Source: Coniocarpon cinnabarinum (Eukaryota). From it: a stretch of DNA of 20,000 nt. Below, piece after piece: positions 18,502-20,000 of this stretch. A program made the position numbers and the translations under genes. The stretch covers positions 48,101 to 68,100 of the forward strand of contig JAVECO010000126.1 in assembly GCA_051942205.1 (NCBI GenBank), given 5' to 3'. Position 1 is the first letter of the stretch, and each line of letters begins with the position of its first letter. The notes beneath the pieces were generated by a model, which did no database searches, was not told where the DNA came from, and saw only the letters and a program-made list of their open reading frames with translations.

Positions 18502-20000
18502 ATGGCAGCCACGAGCCCCATCGCTAACTCTTCACGCTCCTCCTTCCTCATCTCGCCCTCGCCCTCACCCTCCCCATCGCCCAGTCCAACGCATTCTTCC
18601 TCTCCCTCCTTCATCACCAACGACTCCCGCTCCCAGCAATCCTCCCAGTCGCAGTTCTCCTACCCCTCCTACCGCTCCTCGCGCTCCCAGCAGTCGCCCC
18701 GCGGCAGTCCGCAAAAGCGCAAACGCTCCGACCTCACCGATACACCATCGCTCACACACTCGAACCTCACGCGCTCCAACTCCAGCTCGACGGCCCTTTC
18801 ATCGGGCCCGTTTTCGAGCCATGCGTCGCAGTTTAGTGCCGTGCCTTGGCGCAAAGTAGACGCCGTGCCGTTCTATCAAACATCGCGGAATCCGAATTTC
18901 TGCTCCTCGCCGCAAGTGACGTCGCCTCGCCCGAAAACCGCGTCAGATCTACATGCGGGTGTCTGGTCGACGAGGGAGACACAACCGCAGCGTCCACGGA
19001 CGTCGCATCATGCGCGGGACAGCGGCGATGCTGAGTGCATCGGCGCAGGCGGCATGCCCGGTCGCACATTCGACATGCCGCTTGGCGGGTTATCGCGCCA
19101 GAACTCCGCACCGCCCGATGCCCACCATCGACAATGGCGGCAGCGATCGCGGGCGACGAGTTTGGACTCGCCGGAGTCGCCGCGGAGTGCGGTGTCGAGA
19201 CGAATGTTCGAGCTTGGGCTTGTCGATAGCTTCGAGCGGAGTCCGAGCGTTACGTCGGGATCGACGAAACGGAGCACAGATGACTACGTCGTCACTGCTC
19301 GCGGTCCGAGTTTCGATATCCTGGGTGAACGAGAAGTGGTGCCCGTTTCGCCGGCAAGACAGGATGGCTCGGCGAAGAAGTTCACGAAGTACAACCTCAA
19401 GGCTTTGTATAGTCCCTGTCCGACCCTCGTGAAGGAACCGGTTCTCGATAGTATCTTCGAGAACCCGAAACTGTGGCCGGCGACGAATTCGAATTTGTCA
19501 CATCTGCAACTATTCGCGACGCGAAGGGGGAAGGAGACGGACTCGCCGCCACTGGCGCCTAGAGTTGTGTCGCCTACGGGTGATTCACCTCAGGAGAAGT
19601 ACAAGGTCACACCGACACGTGCTGCGATTCCCAAACTCAACGCCACCGTCTCTCATACGTCATCAATCTCACCCACGCGATCAACAGATCAGACACCCTA
19701 CCCCTCCGCCAACGCCTCAACCTACGGATCCACAAACCCCTCATCCCAAACCTCACCCACGCACACCTCGCCCACCTCGCCAACCCAAACAAGACCGCAC
19801 AGCCCTCCCCTCCCGGATCCCCTCAATCAAAACGAATTGACTTGGCACGCCACGGAGATAACGGGTCATCTTATTGATCCCTCCGGCGACGACGATGGCA
19901 CGGGCATGTACGGTGTGGGATTCCGACCGACCAAGCAAGAAGAAGACGTGAGGCGTCTCAAACGGAAGCGGCAGATTGAGAATTGGCGGCGGCGTGAGGA
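18502..20000 (+). CDS. Ser/Pro-rich hypothetical protein, at least 499 aa, truncated by window end (absent from ORF track)
   Basis: CACC-ATG-G at 18502 opens a stop-free frame to the end: MAATSPIANSSRSSFLI(SP)6...SPQKRKRS...LTWHATEITGHLIDPSGDDDGTGMYGVGFRPTKQEEDVRRLKRKRQIENWRRRE. The final block resembles a C-terminal motif of uncharacterised filamentous-fungal proteins. Confidence 0.8.
   Translation, partial: MAATSPIANSSRSSFLISPSPSPSPSPSPTHSSSPSFITNDSRSQQSSQSQFSYPSYRSSRSQQSPRGSPQKRKRSDLTDTPSLTHSNLTRSNSSSTALSSGPFSSHASQFSAVPWRKVDAVPFYQTSRNPNFCSSPQVTSPRPKTASDLHAGVWSTRETQPQRPRTSHHARDSGDAECIGAGGMPGRTFDMPLGGLSRQNSAPPDAHHRQWRQRSRATSLDSPESPRSAVSRRMFELGLVDSFERSPSVTSGSTKRSTDDYVVTARGPSFDILGEREVVPVSPARQDGSAKKFTKYNLKALYSPCPTLVKEPVLDSIFENPKLWPATNSNLSHLQLFATRRGKETDSPPLAPRVVSPTGDSPQEKYKVTPTRAAIPKLNATVSHTSSISPTRSTDQTPYPSANASTYGSTNPSSQTSPTHTSPTSPTQTRPHSPPLPDPLNQNELTWHATEITGHLIDPSGDDDGTGMYGVGFRPTKQEEDVRRLKRKRQIENWRRRE

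Noticed and set aside
1..20000. tRNA, rRNA, transposon, telomeric or CRISPR-like arrays; prokaryotic defence systems
   Set aside because: None recognised by eye; the sequence is intron-containing fungal DNA without long direct or terminal inverted repeats.

Overview
Eukaryotic, filamentous-ascomycete (Pezizomycotina-like) genomic DNA with short GT-AG introns. It is gene-dense and mostly housekeeping. In order: the 5' part of a spliced TAN1/THUMP gene (-); an intronless DNA polymerase epsilon catalytic subunit POL2 (-); a divergent COX20-like gene (+) sharing a 448-bp intergenic region with tandem MluI (MCB) boxes; ~1.9 kb of low-information sequence with a possible decayed ORF; a one-intron APH/choline-kinase-like gene whose catalytic HGD Asp is Gly; a low-complexity hypothetical protein; a six-exon eIF2A gene with a long ATG-free, apparently structured upstream region and an expanded RS/G-rich C-terminal segment; and a Ser/Pro-rich ORF, absent from the ORF track, that runs off the right edge and is preceded by uORFs. 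I see no mobile element, RNA gene or CRISPR array and no clear novel multi-gene system. The best leads are the candidate pseudokinase, the eIF2A leader and antisense signals, and a possible poison 3' splice site in TAN1. All family assignments come from motif recognition, not database searches.
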